Part shown: positions 16,726 through 27,018 of the stretch, piece after piece
Numbering within the stretch: the stretch's first letter is position 1
Layout: every line of letters starts with the position of its first letter
Sequence record: DRR378314_499
DNA: 55,184 bases
Reading direction: 5' to 3' (one strand)
Program-made: the position numbers and the translations under genes
The notes under the pieces: generated by a model
Seen by the model: only the letters and a program-made list of their open reading frames with translations
What the model was told of the DNA's origin: nothing
The model's database searches: none

Positions 16726-17178
16726 TCATTGCTCGGTACACATAAGCCGGACTGCTTCCTTGAAAACATCCGCATGACCTCTTGCCTCATCCAACCCAAT
16801 ATGATTGTGAGCAATATTTGTTGCAATCTCAGGTGGATATTTGCCGTGACGACATAGGCCGTAGTCAATACCCAAACCTCCAGCTATGTATGATGGCATA
16901 TCAATACCTGCACCAAAAAATAGCGGATCTTTTGTTCCATGAAACGCCATCAAACCTTGGCCTAAATATGACTGCATATAGTAGCCAACCCAGTATCCAT
17001 CGAAAGCCAACGGATGTCCTACGAATATGCGTCGACAATTATGCAACCGCACAAATTCTGCAAAACGACTCATCGCAACATATGTAGAAACAGCATTTTC
17101 CGTTATAGCTTGCTAGATTTCGGGTTTAGGTCCATCCGTCTCAATATCCACAAAAAATTACCGGGTTTCTTCAGTCAT
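16726..17178 (-). pseudogene. DEDD 3'-5' exonuclease pseudogene
   Basis: AAGGAG RBS, MTEETR*FFVDIETDGPKPEI*QAITENA in frame with ...FVGHPLAFDG...HIGLDEARGHA; two stops and an apparent internal deletion. Confidence 0.75.
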
Positions 17179-17351
17179 GAAGGCTCCTTTGAGATCATTT
17201 TTTCGTACTATTAATATTCAGAAGACCAGAGAATATCAACTTATGACAATGGTCGAGTAATATTCCAAAGTTTCTTCCGTTTTTTTCATTACAGGCCCAA
17301 TGAATGGCGCTGCCAGGCGAATGAGAACAAGTCTGTTGTAGCTTCATGCGC

Positions 17352-17402
17352 GTTTCTGAATGGAAGTGGAAGTTCAAGTCTTCTCCTGGTCACCAAGCTC
17401 TC
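17352..17402 (+). repeat. att core copy 2 (degenerate tRNA-Leu 3' half)
   Basis: GTTTCTGAATGGAAGTGGAAGTTCAAGTCTTCTCCTGGTCACCA vs tRNA 29-72: 41/44 identical. Confidence 0.92.
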
Positions 17403-17920
17403 ACGTAATTGAAACATAAGTGATTTATCTCACTTAAAACTGCCTTGATTTGCACATATAAATCAGGCTGTTGTTGTTTTAAGATCAAGCTGAGACCCAA
17501 AATAGCTTCCCTACTTTAAGTTGTCGGGTACGCAAGCTTAAGCGGGAAAATACTTCCTTAGATTTTTAACTTCCCAACATCAATCTTCCACATGCTCTGC
17601 CAAGGCACTCCTCGGCGGACGCGGCGGCGATATCTTCAGTATGGCCAAACCGGTACGATATGCTCTAGAGGTGATTTGTGCTCCGTCCTTGCTTAAGGGC
17701 CTCATTATCGCATTTGCATAAGTGAGGGTTTATGGTTCACCTTAGCATTGAAGGGATTAGGCGCGGCGCTGCGAGAAAACATTCTGACCTTACCCAAGGG
17801 CGGTTTGAACGGTTCAAACTGCGGGCAGGTGGGTTATTGCACATTTGCCCAGATGGGCGGGGCGACCGTGCCTTAAGGAAATAAACGTAACAACATACGG
17901 CTAACCGATACCAATTCCTG

Positions 17921-18976
17921 GTGGCCATGTTGGAGATGAAGATGCTATTTGACACGCTCCCTATCGATCCGATCGTGGTTGTTTGCGGGCTTTTTGCACT
18001 CGCGACTGTCGTGGTTTGCATCGCAGGCACAGTCATGACTGGACTTGCCGATCGCCTGGCAGACCGAACCGGGCTTGGCGAGGCGGTAGCTGGTGCGATG
18101 TTCCTCGGCATCAGTACATCTCTCTCGGGCACGGTCACGTCGATCGTGGCGGCACATGCCGGCGATGCGTCTTTAGCCGTCGCTAACGCGGTCGGCGGTA
18201 TCGGCGTGCAAACCGCCTTTCTGGTTGTTGCCGACCTGACCTATCGTCGCGTCAACCTTGAACACGCAGCAGCCGACGCCAATCATCTGCTGCAGGTTGC
18301 CCTGCTGTTATTATTACTGGGGCTACCACTGCTGGCATGGCTTACGCCGGCACTCCAAATCTGGGCAGTGCATCCAGTTAGCCTGGCGTTGCCTGTTATT
18401 TACATATTCGGGATGCGCGCATCGGTGAATTTGCGGCAGCGGCCGATGTGGCGGCCGGAACGGACTGACGATACCCACCCAGACACGCCTGATGAAGCTG
18501 TTACCGGCTGGGTTGACCTGATACCGGACTTAATCGGTTTCGCACTGCTCGCGGTGCTGTTATCCTTTGCCGGTTGGTTGATCGCGGTGACCGGCGCCCG
18601 AATTGCCGAGGAATTTGACCTGCCGCAGACCGTGATCGGCGCGGTGCTCACCGCAACCGTCACGTCCCTGCCGGAGTTGGTGACGACCCTGGCGGCGGTG
18701 CGCCGCGGTGCACTCCAGCTTGCGGTCGGTGGCATCATAGGCGGCAACACCTTCGACGTATTGTTCCTCAGTGTCTCAGATGTGGCATACCGTGACGGCT
18801 CGATCTACCACGCAATGAGCCGGGCAGATGCATTGCTCGTGGTCTCAATCATGGTCATCACAGCGATCTTGCTGGTCGGTTTGATTACACGCGATCGCAA
18901 GGGCATCGGCTTTGAGGGCATAGCCATCCTGACTGCCTATGCCGGTAGCCTGATCCTGCAGTTCGTGGTTGCCTAG
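17921..18976 (+). CDS. Sodium:calcium antiporter (CaCA family)
   Basis: Alpha repeats GISTSLSG and TVTSLPEL, GGIIGGNTFD; start codon uncertain. Confidence 0.88.
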   Translation: MAMLEMKMLFDTLPIDPIVVVCGLFALATVVVCIAGTVMTGLADRLADRTGLGEAVAGAMFLGISTSLSGTVTSIVAAHAGDASLAVANAVGGIGVQTAFLVVADLTYRRVNLEHAAADANHLLQVALLLLLLGLPLLAWLTPALQIWAVHPVSLALPVIYIFGMRASVNLRQRPMWRPERTDDTHPDTPDEAVTGWVDLIPDLIGFALLAVLLSFAGWLIAVTGARIAEEFDLPQTVIGAVLTATVTSLPELVTTLAAVRRGALQLAVGGIIGGNTFDVLFLSVSDVAYRDGSIYHAMSRADALLVVSIMVITAILLVGLITRDRKGIGFEGIAILTAYAGSLILQFVVA

Positions 18977-19029
18977 CGCCGCTGTTGTCATATTAACGCC
19001 GCGGAACAGAATTCGACCTTGGATTTGCC

Positions 19030-19719
19030 TTAACGGCGTGTCATCGGTTGGGCCGCGTCGACCAATTTACGAAATAAAGCCTGCTGGTGAGTGTCAAAGA
19101 CAAGAAATTCAGGGTGCCACTGCACGCCAAGAAAAAACCGCTTATCTCTGCGTTCCAGCGCTTGGATAAAGTCTCCCCGGTCATATCCTGACACAGTGAT
19201 CCCATCGCCAACTTTGTCGACGGCTTGATGATGCAGGCTGTTGACGCGCACAGTGTCCAGACCAAGGACGGCGCGCACCTTGGATCCCGGTTCCAGGGTT
19301 ACAATTTTGCGAGCCAAGATGGTCCGAATATTTGTTTTGTCACGTGGCATGCCCCGAATATCGCTGTATAAAGTGCCGCCGAAAAATACATTCATCATTT
19401 GCGCGCCGCGGCAAATACCAAGAACCGGCACATCCTTGTCCACGACATACCGGAGCAGTTCTAATTCCAGCGCATCGCGCTCCGGGTCAATACGGACATC
19501 CACGTTGATTTCAGAGTTATAAATTTCGGCGCCGATATCGTCACCGCCGCCAATGATCAGACCGTCCAAACTTTCTGAGGGGTATGTGCTTCCCGGAGCT
19601 AAAAACACGGCTTCACCACCAGCCCGCCACACCGCCAACCAATCGAAGAAACGCATGATCTTGCTTTTATAACAAGAGATTGTAATCCCAATTACGGGCT
19701 TGCGAGATTTTCGAGCCAA
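19030..19719 (-). CDS. Class I glutamine amidotransferase, peptidase C26 (PuuD-like)
   Basis: GGGDDI, LGICRGAQ, VNSLHHQA, GVQWHPE; TTG start at 19719 after GGAGG. Confidence 0.9.
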   Translation of the reverse strand: MARKSRKPVIGITISCYKSKIMRFFDWLAVWRAGGEAVFLAPGSTYPSESLDGLIIGGGDDIGAEIYNSEINVDVRIDPERDALELELLRYVVDKDVPVLGICRGAQMMNVFFGGTLYSDIRGMPRDKTNIRTILARKIVTLEPGSKVRAVLGLDTVRVNSLHHQAVDKVGDGITVSGYDRGDFIQALERRDKRFFLGVQWHPEFLVFDTHQQALFRKLVDAAQPMTRR

Positions 19720-20723
19720 TTGCTCACCTCCTTCAACCACATAGGAATGGAACTGTCTGCCTCGGCAAGATAACGATCCGACAGGCGTCGCAGATTTTCT
19801 TGATCTGAAGCCAGACGTTCCACTGCGACCCACCTATTCCATTCCAGGGAAATATTCCAGTCTGGATCAGACAGGCGCGTATCGGGCAGTCGATAATGAA
19901 AGGTCGGCCGCGCCTTAATGCGCTCATCAGTGGTCAGACGCGCCAAGACATCAGGTGCCAAATGCTTAAAAAGCGGCAACATATCAAGTTCCCGATTGCG
20001 CGTCGGGTTCATCGCGCAATAGTCAGCGATCAACATTTCCAGATCTGGCGCGTAATCAGGCGCTAAAACTTTTACAGCGTATTTTTTGGGGAATGGGTCG
20101 ATGTGCGGCAGAATCCTTCGGGTGAAGTTGACTTGAATCTGCTCATGCAGCCAATTGGACACCAAAATATATGCCCTTAAAATACCCAACACATAAGCGA
20201 CACCCTCTTCAGCAACTTCCGGGTTGAGGTGAACGCCGAAACTATATGCTGGACTGTCATCCGTTCCCTTGGCACCACCCGCCCGCAGGCCGTTAATCAG
20301 CGCCTCCAACGCTTCCAATTCATTCCACGGTATCGGTGGGGAGACAATTTCGGTCGGCACCACGCCGGACGATGCTTTTCCAATCCACTCGCGCACCTGA
20401 GCATCGGCATTGCGCACATCACGCAGCCCCTCCTCGCTTATCGGCAAAGAGCTGCCTTCCAGAACATCGCCAAAGTCTCTTTCCGGATGGGCAAAACGGG
20501 TATCAAGTTCAACGCGAAAATCGCCCCACCGTGCATTAGTCACTGAATATACAAACGAGGACCTGCCCGCCACCACATCGCCGCCAAAACACCTTTGTAT
20601 CAATTCTGCGGCTTGCTTTGAGGACATCTCAGCGAACTCGATCTCGACGCCAACCCTGCGAATTGCTCCGGTGGTATTCTGAGGGTTTGGGGGCGTCTGT
20701 ATCTTGTGAAGCTTGTCAGTCAA
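19692..20723 (-). CDS. Putative amidoligase (COOH-NH2 ligase, amidoligase_2 type)
   Basis: RRVGVEIEF, EIVSPP, FGVHLNPE, NPTRNRELD.LPLF, RPTFHYRLP; TTG start at 20723 after GGAG. Confidence 0.85.
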   Translation of the reverse strand: MTDKLHKIQTPPNPQNTTGAIRRVGVEIEFAEMSSKQAAELIQRCFGGDVVAGRSSFVYSVTNARWGDFRVELDTRFAHPERDFGDVLEGSSLPISEEGLRDVRNADAQVREWIGKASSGVVPTEIVSPPIPWNELEALEALINGLRAGGAKGTDDSPAYSFGVHLNPEVAEEGVAYVLGILRAYILVSNWLHEQIQVNFTRRILPHIDPFPKKYAVKVLAPDYAPDLEMLIADYCAMNPTRNRELDMLPLFKHLAPDVLARLTTDERIKARPTFHYRLPDTRLSDPDWNISLEWNRWVAVERLASDQENLRRLSDRYLAEADSSIPMWLKEVSNWLENLASP

Positions 20724-20867
20724 AATAGATCTCCGACAACTCGATACCTGCGATGGACTGACAGTGGATTGAAACAAATTTCTGTACTGATTTTGCGGTT
20801 CTGAACTTGATCATCCCTCACTCTCATCGCCGGAATAGGTGACGTCACACTGCCCCGTTTTCTGAGT

Positions 20868-21086
20868 TTATTTTGCCTTAGCTTCTTTTTCAGCAGCCAA
20901 TCTCAATGCCCTCAACCTTTCGGTTTTTTCCATTGTACTTTCTGCGCGGGCTTCTTTTGCCTTAATGAGCTTCTTGTCCGCGTTTTTTGTTGGTTTACGA
21001 TCTTTAAAATCGCTGTTATCACCGCGCTCTATCGCCGCAAACATTTTATCATCGGCATTGTTTGGTCGTGTTGATCCTGATCCCAT
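20868..21086 (-). CDS. Small basic hypothetical protein
   Basis: KTERLRALRLA motif seen in small alphaproteobacterial proteins; AAGG RBS. Confidence 0.65.
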   Translation of the reverse strand: MGSGSTRPNNADDKMFAAIERGDNSDFKDRKPTKNADKKLIKAKEARAESTMEKTERLRALRLAAEKEAKAK

Positions 21087-21155
21087 TGCGCTACCTTATC
21101 TGCAATATGTTGTGTCCCATTTCCTCGAATGTCGTCTATCTTACTTGTAAATCAA

Positions 21156-21255
21156 GGTGCTGTCAGACTAATTCGGCGTCAACCTGTAGGGCGTGCTCTG
21201 GTGCTAGATGCCTCGCCGCCGCCGCACCCGGCTGCGGCCACCCCGCTAGCGCGGA
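21156..21255 (-). mobile_element. IS6 right-end remnant
   Basis: IR GGTGCTGTCAGA identical to 4813-4824; minus strand reads SALAGWPQPGAA, a decayed AALAEWRQL. Confidence 0.65.
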
Positions 21256-21351
21256 ATTTTTTCATTACAATCCACAACTGTACAATTAGGTTGACTTGAT
21301 ATCCGCAAAAGGTACAAACAATATGATATTGTATTAGTTGGGAGGCTTAAA

Positions 21352-22533
21352 ATGAAAAAACTACTCGTAGCCGCAGCAGCGATGGCTTTAATGAGCACAT
21401 CCGTTCACGCGGAAGACATTAAACTCGGTGTGATTTTTGGTTTTACAGGACCGATTGAATCCCTGACCCCGGACATGGCTGCCGGCGCTGAACTAGCGAT
21501 CGAAGAAGTCAATTCAAGTGGTGCTTTACTCGGTGGATCCAAGGTCACGTCCGTTCGTGCAGATACCACCTGTACAGACGCGGCGGCCGCAACTGCGGCA
21601 ACTGAACGTCTTATCACATCTGATAAAATCAATGCGATCGTTGGTGGTGACTGTTCTGGCGTGACAACGGCCATGTTGCAAAATGTCGCGTTGGCAAATG
21701 GCGTGGTGATGATTTCACCATCCGCAACATCCCCCGCACTGACCAGCGTTGAAGACAACGGACTGTTTTTCCGCACAGCTCCGTCTGACGCCCGTCAGGG
21801 ACAGGTTCTGTCAGATGTTCTGAACGACCGCGGTGTCAAGACGGCGGCACTGACCTATACCAACAATGATTACGGTAAAGGGCTGGCTGAAAGCATCAAA
21901 GCAAACTTTGAAAAATCAGGCGGCAAAATCACGATCACGGCAGCGCATGAAGATGGCAAAGCCGACTACACGGCTGAAGTTGGAGCGCTTGCCTCTGCGG
22001 GCGGTGATGTTCTGATCGTGGTTGGTTATCTCGATCAAGGCGGAAAAGGCGTTATTCAGGCCGCATTGGATACCGGTGCGTTTGATACATTTGTTCTGCC
22101 TGACGGCATGATCGGTGACAGCCTTCCTCAAGCCATCGGTTCTGACTTGAACGGATCATTTGGGACGGTTCCCGGAACGGATAGCCCCGGTGCAGGTCAA
22201 TTCTCTGAAATGGCCAAGTCTAAAGGCTTTAAATCAGGCCCATTTGCAGCAGAATCCTATGATGCGGCGGCCCTTATTTTGCTCTCCATGCAGGCGGCAA
22301 AATCAAGCGACAGCAATGTTTTCAAAAACAGTGTCATGTCGGTTGCCAACGCACCCGGCGAGAAAATCTATCCAGGTGAGCTTGCCAAAGCCCTTAAGAT
22401 TATTGCGGATGGCGGCGACGTTGATTATGTGGGTGCCTCAGCGGTTGAGCTGATTGGCCCAGGTGAAAGTGCCGGCAACTACCGCGAAATTGAAGTTGCA
22501 GATGGCAAGAACACAACGGCTAAATTCCGCTAA
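21352..22533 (+). CDS. Branched-chain amino acid-type ABC substrate-binding protein (LivK-like)
   Basis: Signal peptide, ISPSATSP.L, FFRTAPSD..QG, NNDYGKGL. Confidence 0.92.
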   Translation: MKKLLVAAAAMALMSTSVHAEDIKLGVIFGFTGPIESLTPDMAAGAELAIEEVNSSGALLGGSKVTSVRADTTCTDAAAATAATERLITSDKINAIVGGDCSGVTTAMLQNVALANGVVMISPSATSPALTSVEDNGLFFRTAPSDARQGQVLSDVLNDRGVKTAALTYTNNDYGKGLAESIKANFEKSGGKITITAAHEDGKADYTAEVGALASAGGDVLIVVGYLDQGGKGVIQAALDTGAFDTFVLPDGMIGDSLPQAIGSDLNGSFGTVPGTDSPGAGQFSEMAKSKGFKSGPFAAESYDAAALILLSMQAAKSSDSNVFKNSVMSVANAPGEKIYPGELAKALKIIADGGDVDYVGASAVELIGPGESAGNYREIEVADGKNTTAKFR

Positions 22534-22563
22534 TTTACGATAGCTGAATGACCTGAAAACATT

Positions 22564-22602
22564 GGGAAGTGATCACGGAGTTCCGAGGTCACTTCCCTTT
22601 TT
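22564..22602 (+). terminator. Hairpin/terminator after the binding-protein gene
   Basis: GGGAAGTGATC...GGTCACTTCCC followed by TTTTT. Confidence 0.7.
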
Positions 22603-22619
22603 GTTAAAGTAATTCCTCG

Positions 22620-23402
22620 ATGATTAGAATTGAAAATCTGTATATGCAATTTGGCGGCATTCATGCTGTTGAAAATGTATCCCTAAGCCTTGAAACAGGT
22701 AGCATCACCGGCCTGATTGGCCCCAACGGCGCGGGCAAAACCACTTTGTTCAACTGTATTGCCGGGGCTTACACACCAACTGGCGGCAAGATTTATCTGG
22801 ACGATGAGGATGTTACGGGATTGAAGCCGCATGAACTGTTTGCCAAGGGACTGCTCCGCACCTTTCAGATTGCCCAGGAATTCTCCACGCTGACGGTTCG
22901 CGAAAATCTGATGATGGTACCGGAGAACCAAAGTGGTGAGCGTCTGGTCGACACCTGGCTACGCCCATCCAAAGTCCGCGAAGAGGAAGAGCGTATTCGG
23001 GCCAAAGCCGATAGCGTTATCGAATTTCTGGAGATCTCCCACGTGGCGGATGAACTTGCCGGGAATTTATCCGGTGGCCAAAAGAAGTTGCTGGAACTCG
23101 GCCGGACCATGATGGTGGACGCGAAAATTGTCTTTCTGGATGAGGTTGGGGCAGGTGTTAACCGAACGCTGCTCAATACCCTTGGTGATGCGATCCAACG
23201 GCTGAACAAGGAACATGGATATACATTTTGTATGATCGAGCATGATATGGATTTTGTCGGTCGGCTGTGTGATCCGGTGATTGTGATGGCTGAGGGCCAA
23301 TTGCTCGCCCAGGGTACCATCGATGAGATTAAATCAAATGAACAAGTGATCGAAGCCTATCTGGGAACAGGTCTTAAAAACAAACCGGAGGGCCAGTCGT
23401 GA
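22620..23402 (+). CDS. livG: ABC ATP-binding protein, LivG-like
   Basis: [25 protein letters not shown]. Confidence 0.88.
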   Translation: MIRIENLYMQFGGIHAVENVSLSLETGSITGLIGPNGAGKTTLFNCIAGAYTPTGGKIYLDDEDVTGLKPHELFAKGLLRTFQIAQEFSTLTVRENLMMVPENQSGERLVDTWLRPSKVREEEERIRAKADSVIEFLEISHVADELAGNLSGGQKKLLELGRTMMVDAKIVFLDEVGAGVNRTLLNTLGDAIQRLNKEHGYTFCMIEHDMDFVGRLCDPVIVMAEGQLLAQGTIDEIKSNEQVIEAYLGTGLKNKPEGQS

Positions 23403-24103
23403 GTTATCTATCTGGCGATCATATGACAGGCGGTTATGGCGGGGCTGATATCTTACATGACTGCAATATCTCCGTTGATCTGGGAGAAATTGCCGTCATT
23501 GTCGGTCCGAATGGCGCCGGAAAATCCACGGCGATGAAGGCGATTTTTGGCATGCTGGATCTGCGCGAGGGATCAGTCAACCTGGATGGCGAGGATATCA
23601 CCGGACTTAACCCTCAGGACCGGGTTGCCAAGGGGATGAGTTTTGTGCCGCAAACCAATAATATTTTCACCACCATGTCGGTGGAGGAAAATCTGGAAAT
23701 GGGCGCGTTCATCCGAGAAGATGATTTTACCGGCACCATGGAGCAGATCTATCAGCTGTTTCCGATTTTAAAAGATAAACGGGCTCAAGCAGCCGGTGAA
23801 TTATCTGGAGGACAGAGACAGCAATTGGCCGTGGGCCGGGCCCTGATGACCCAGCCAAAATTACTGATGCTGGATGAGCCAACAGCCGGTGTCTCTCCCA
23901 TCGTCATGGATGAGTTATTTGATCGCATTATCGAAGTGGCAAAGGCCGGGATTGCGATTTTGATGGTTGAGCAAAATGCTCGGCAATCGCTTAACATTGC
24001 CGATAAAGGGTATGTGTTGGTTCAGGGACAGAATGCCTACACGGACACGGGCGAGGCGCTGCTTGCTGATCCCGAGGTTCGTAGAGCGTTTCTGGGAGGG
24101 TAG
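23399..24103 (+). CDS. livF: ABC ATP-binding protein, LivF-like
   Basis: GPNGAGKST, LSGGQRQ, LDEP, VEQNA. Confidence 0.88.
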   Translation: MSYLSGDHMTGGYGGADILHDCNISVDLGEIAVIVGPNGAGKSTAMKAIFGMLDLREGSVNLDGEDITGLNPQDRVAKGMSFVPQTNNIFTTMSVEENLEMGAFIREDDFTGTMEQIYQLFPILKDKRAQAAGELSGGQRQQLAVGRALMTQPKLLMLDEPTAGVSPIVMDELFDRIIEVAKAGIAILMVEQNARQSLNIADKGYVLVQGQNAYTDTGEALLADPEVRRAFLGG

Positions 24104-24107
24104 TTAA

Positions 24108-25121
24108 GTGATTGATCTCTTGAACGCATTCGCATTGATGTCCAATTTCGTTATTGTTCCCGCCTTGGCTTATGGCAGCCAACTTGCGCTGGGTGCGCTG
24201 GGTGTAACGCTGGTCTATGGAATTCTACGATTTTCCAATTTTGCACATGGGGACACCATGGCCTTTGGCACCATGGTCACCATTTTTGCAACTTGGGGGC
24301 TGCAGGCTATAGGCATCACCATTTTCCCCCTACCAACCGCGTTATTGGCGCTCCCTGTCGGCATTCTTGCAACCATATTGCTGTGTCTTTTCATTGATAG
24401 AACCGTTTACAAATTTTACCGCAAAAGCCGCGCGGTACCAGTTGTCTTTCTGATCGCATCGGTTGGTGTGATGTTCGTGTTAAATGGTGTCGTTCGGTTC
24501 ATCATCGGCCCGGGAGATCAGCGTTTTGCGGATGGTGAGCGGTTTATCATCAAGGCCCGGGCGTTCAAGGAAATGACCGGTCTTAGCGAGGGCATTGCCT
24601 TCAAGACCAGTCAGGGGCTGACAATTGTGACCGCCATTATTGTGGTTGGCGCACTGTTCTGGTTTTTAAATAGAACGCGTGCGGGCAAATCCATGCGGGC
24701 CTATTCGGATAATGAAGATTTGGCACGTCTGTCAGGCATTAACCCAGAACGTGTGGTCATGATCACCTGGGCGTTGGCCGCAACGCTTGCCACCATTGCC
24801 GGCGTATTATACGGACTGGATAAAAGCTTTAAGCCTTTTACTTACTTCCAATTGCTGCTTCCAATTTTTGCATCCGCCATTGTTGGCGGGTTAGGAAGCC
24901 CCGTAGGCGCGATCGCCGGCGGCTTTGTGATCGCTTTTTCTGAAATTGTCGTGGCCTATGCTTACAAACGGTTTCTGACATATCTGGTGCCGGAACAATG
25001 GGCACCGGACGGTTTGGTTCAGTTACTGTCAACCGACTATAAATTTGCCGTGTCATTCGTAATCTTGGTGTTGGTCTTGCTCATTCGGCCAACAGGCATC
25101 TTTAGAGGAAAAGGCGCATGA
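24108..25121 (+). CDS. livH: ABC permease, LivH-like
   Basis: GILRFSNFAHGD, GKSMRA, GGLGSP.GA. Confidence 0.88.
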   Translation: MIDLLNAFALMSNFVIVPALAYGSQLALGALGVTLVYGILRFSNFAHGDTMAFGTMVTIFATWGLQAIGITIFPLPTALLALPVGILATILLCLFIDRTVYKFYRKSRAVPVVFLIASVGVMFVLNGVVRFIIGPGDQRFADGERFIIKARAFKEMTGLSEGIAFKTSQGLTIVTAIIVVGALFWFLNRTRAGKSMRAYSDNEDLARLSGINPERVVMITWALAATLATIAGVLYGLDKSFKPFTYFQLLLPIFASAIVGGLGSPVGAIAGGFVIAFSEIVVAYAYKRFLTYLVPEQWAPDGLVQLLSTDYKFAVSFVILVLVLLIRPTGIFRGKGA

Positions 25122-26422
25122 ATAGCCACACGCGAATCCTAGGATTATTTGCTGCGATGGCCGCTGCTTTGCTGGCCGTTGGTGTGTTTCAAAGTTGGCC
25201 GTTAGCGCTGACAATTTTTAATCTGTGCCTGATTTCCGCAATCATGTCGCTGGGCGTGAACATACAGTGGGGTTATGCGGGGCTGTTTAACGTGGGCGTC
25301 ATGGGGTTTACGGCTCTGGGCGGGTTGGCCGGCGTGCTCATATCGGTGCCACCGGTAACCGCTGCGATCGAGGCGGGCGGCGGCGGGATCCTCATATCTC
25401 TTGTGCTGTTCATTGTGACGATTGTTGCGGCGGTATTTGTCTATAAACGGCTGCCCGCTGGTAAGGTCCGTAACTTGTCGATGATTGCGGTCATCATTAC
25501 CGGGTATTTTCTGACACGATATTTCTTTTATCCAGCCGTTGAGGCTATTGAATCTGTCGACTCCGCGCGGACCGGGTTTCTGGGCGGATTGGGATTGCCG
25601 ATTATCCTCTCCTGGGGAGTTGGCGGCCTATTTGCCGCGGCGGCGGCCTGGGTTGTTGGAAAGATTTCCCTTGGGTTGCGGTCAGATTATCTGGCCATTG
25701 CCACCCTTGGCATTTCCGAGATCATTATCGCAATACTGAAGAATGAAGACTGGCTGACCAGAGGGGTCAAAAACGTAAATGGCCTGCCCCGTCCGGTGCC
25801 TTATGAGATTGATCTACAGCAAACGCTGTGGTTTCAGGATTGGGCCAATTACCTGGGCATGTCTCCGGAAGACGCGTCTTCGGTATTTGTAAAACTCTGT
25901 TACGCTGGTCTGTTTACCGTCATATTGCTCCTGTTACTATGGCTGTCTGAGCGGGCCCTGAATTCCCCATGGGGCCGGATGATGCGGGCCATTCGCGATA
26001 ACGAACTGTCGGCAGCGGCTATGGGAAAAAATATCAAGGGTCGCCATCTTCAGGTTTTTGTTCTGGGATCTGCCGTTATCGGAATAGCGGGGGCAATGCT
26101 GACAACGCTGGACGGACAATTTACCCCGGCATCCTATCAGCCGCTCCGCTTTACATTTGTGGTTTGGGTGATGGTGATCGTTGGCGGCTCAGGAAATAAT
26201 TTCGGCGCAATTTTGGGCGGATTTCTGATTTGGTTCGTCTGGGTTGAAGCAGAACCTTTCGGACTTTGGTTGATGGATTTCTTAACATCAGGCATGGCCG
26301 ACGACAATGCGCTTCGTCAGCACCTGCTGGATAGCGCGGCTCATATGCGCCTGATGACGATGGGAGTCATATTGCTGATCGTTCTGCGCTTCAGCCCGCG
26401 CGGGTTAATACCGGAGAAATAA
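25118..26422 (+). CDS. livM: ABC permease, LivM-like
   Basis: QWGYAGLFN.G, LRSDYLAIATL, SPWGRMMRAIRDNE. Confidence 0.88.
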   Translation: MNSHTRILGLFAAMAAALLAVGVFQSWPLALTIFNLCLISAIMSLGVNIQWGYAGLFNVGVMGFTALGGLAGVLISVPPVTAAIEAGGGGILISLVLFIVTIVAAVFVYKRLPAGKVRNLSMIAVIITGYFLTRYFFYPAVEAIESVDSARTGFLGGLGLPIILSWGVGGLFAAAAAWVVGKISLGLRSDYLAIATLGISEIIIAILKNEDWLTRGVKNVNGLPRPVPYEIDLQQTLWFQDWANYLGMSPEDASSVFVKLCYAGLFTVILLLLLWLSERALNSPWGRMMRAIRDNELSAAAMGKNIKGRHLQVFVLGSAVIGIAGAMLTTLDGQFTPASYQPLRFTFVVWVMVIVGGSGNNFGAILGGFLIWFVWVEAEPFGLWLMDFLTSGMADDNALRQHLLDSAAHMRLMTMGVILLIVLRFSPRGLIPEK

Positions 26423-26546
26423 GCGGCCTGTTATTTTCAGATGAAAGGCCGACAATCCAAAGTCAGTCTAACATTTGCCTTGCGAACCCTGTGGATGGTC
26501 ACCAGATTAAAGTGATCCATTCATGATCCAGGGGTTAGTTGTCGTC

Positions 26547-26855
26547 ATGTCCGAAGATAAAACCGAAGCACTTGAAAAGATCGTCGCCACCTATGAAGGT
26601 TTGCTAGAGGATGACCAATATCTCAAGGACCGTATCCACACGCTTCTGGAAGCGGTCAGGGAAGAAGACGGCTCCGCAGAAAAACGCCAGCAATGCCTGA
26701 ACGACATTCTTGTCCTCATTGAAGAGGATGCCGAAGCCCAGCAGCGAGAAGATGATGAAAGCCCGCTGAATGTGAAGCCGGTTCACCTTAAAAGTACACC
26801 GTATTTTGAACTGAAACGGGAACTGCTTGCCTTTCAGAAGACCTATGCCTGCTAA
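26547..26855 (+). CDS. Hypothetical acidic protein
   Basis: Clean ORF filling the gap; no motif recognised. Confidence 0.55.
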   Translation: MSEDKTEALEKIVATYEGLLEDDQYLKDRIHTLLEAVREEDGSAEKRQQCLNDILVLIEEDAEAQQREDDESPLNVKPVHLKSTPYFELKRELLAFQKTYAC

Positions 26856-27018
26856 ATCTGAATGCCCGCTGAAGGCAGGAACCGTCTATCCAGAATAGGC
26901 GGGACAGGCAGTCGATATAAGTCATGAATTAGCGGGCCTGACTGGATAGGCCCCTTTGAGAGTTCACGAAGACGGTGCTCGTCAATTGGGGAGGATTAGA
27001 AAACCGGATTAAATCACG

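Larger units (their letters stand above)
73..17351. mobile_element. Genomic island 1 integrated at tRNA-Leu(CAG); no intact integrase
   Basis: Bounded by tRNA 3'-end direct repeats; contains IS6 relics, pseudogenes and accessory genes. Confidence 0.8.

Noticed and set aside
17195-17377. 60-aa ORF in the track
   Set aside because: It starts inside the antisense of att copy 2; likely spurious.
17403-17920. Search for an integrase remnant after att copy 2
   Set aside because: No tyrosine or serine recombinase motif found; only an imperfect hairpin and an unconvincing SDR-like scrap.
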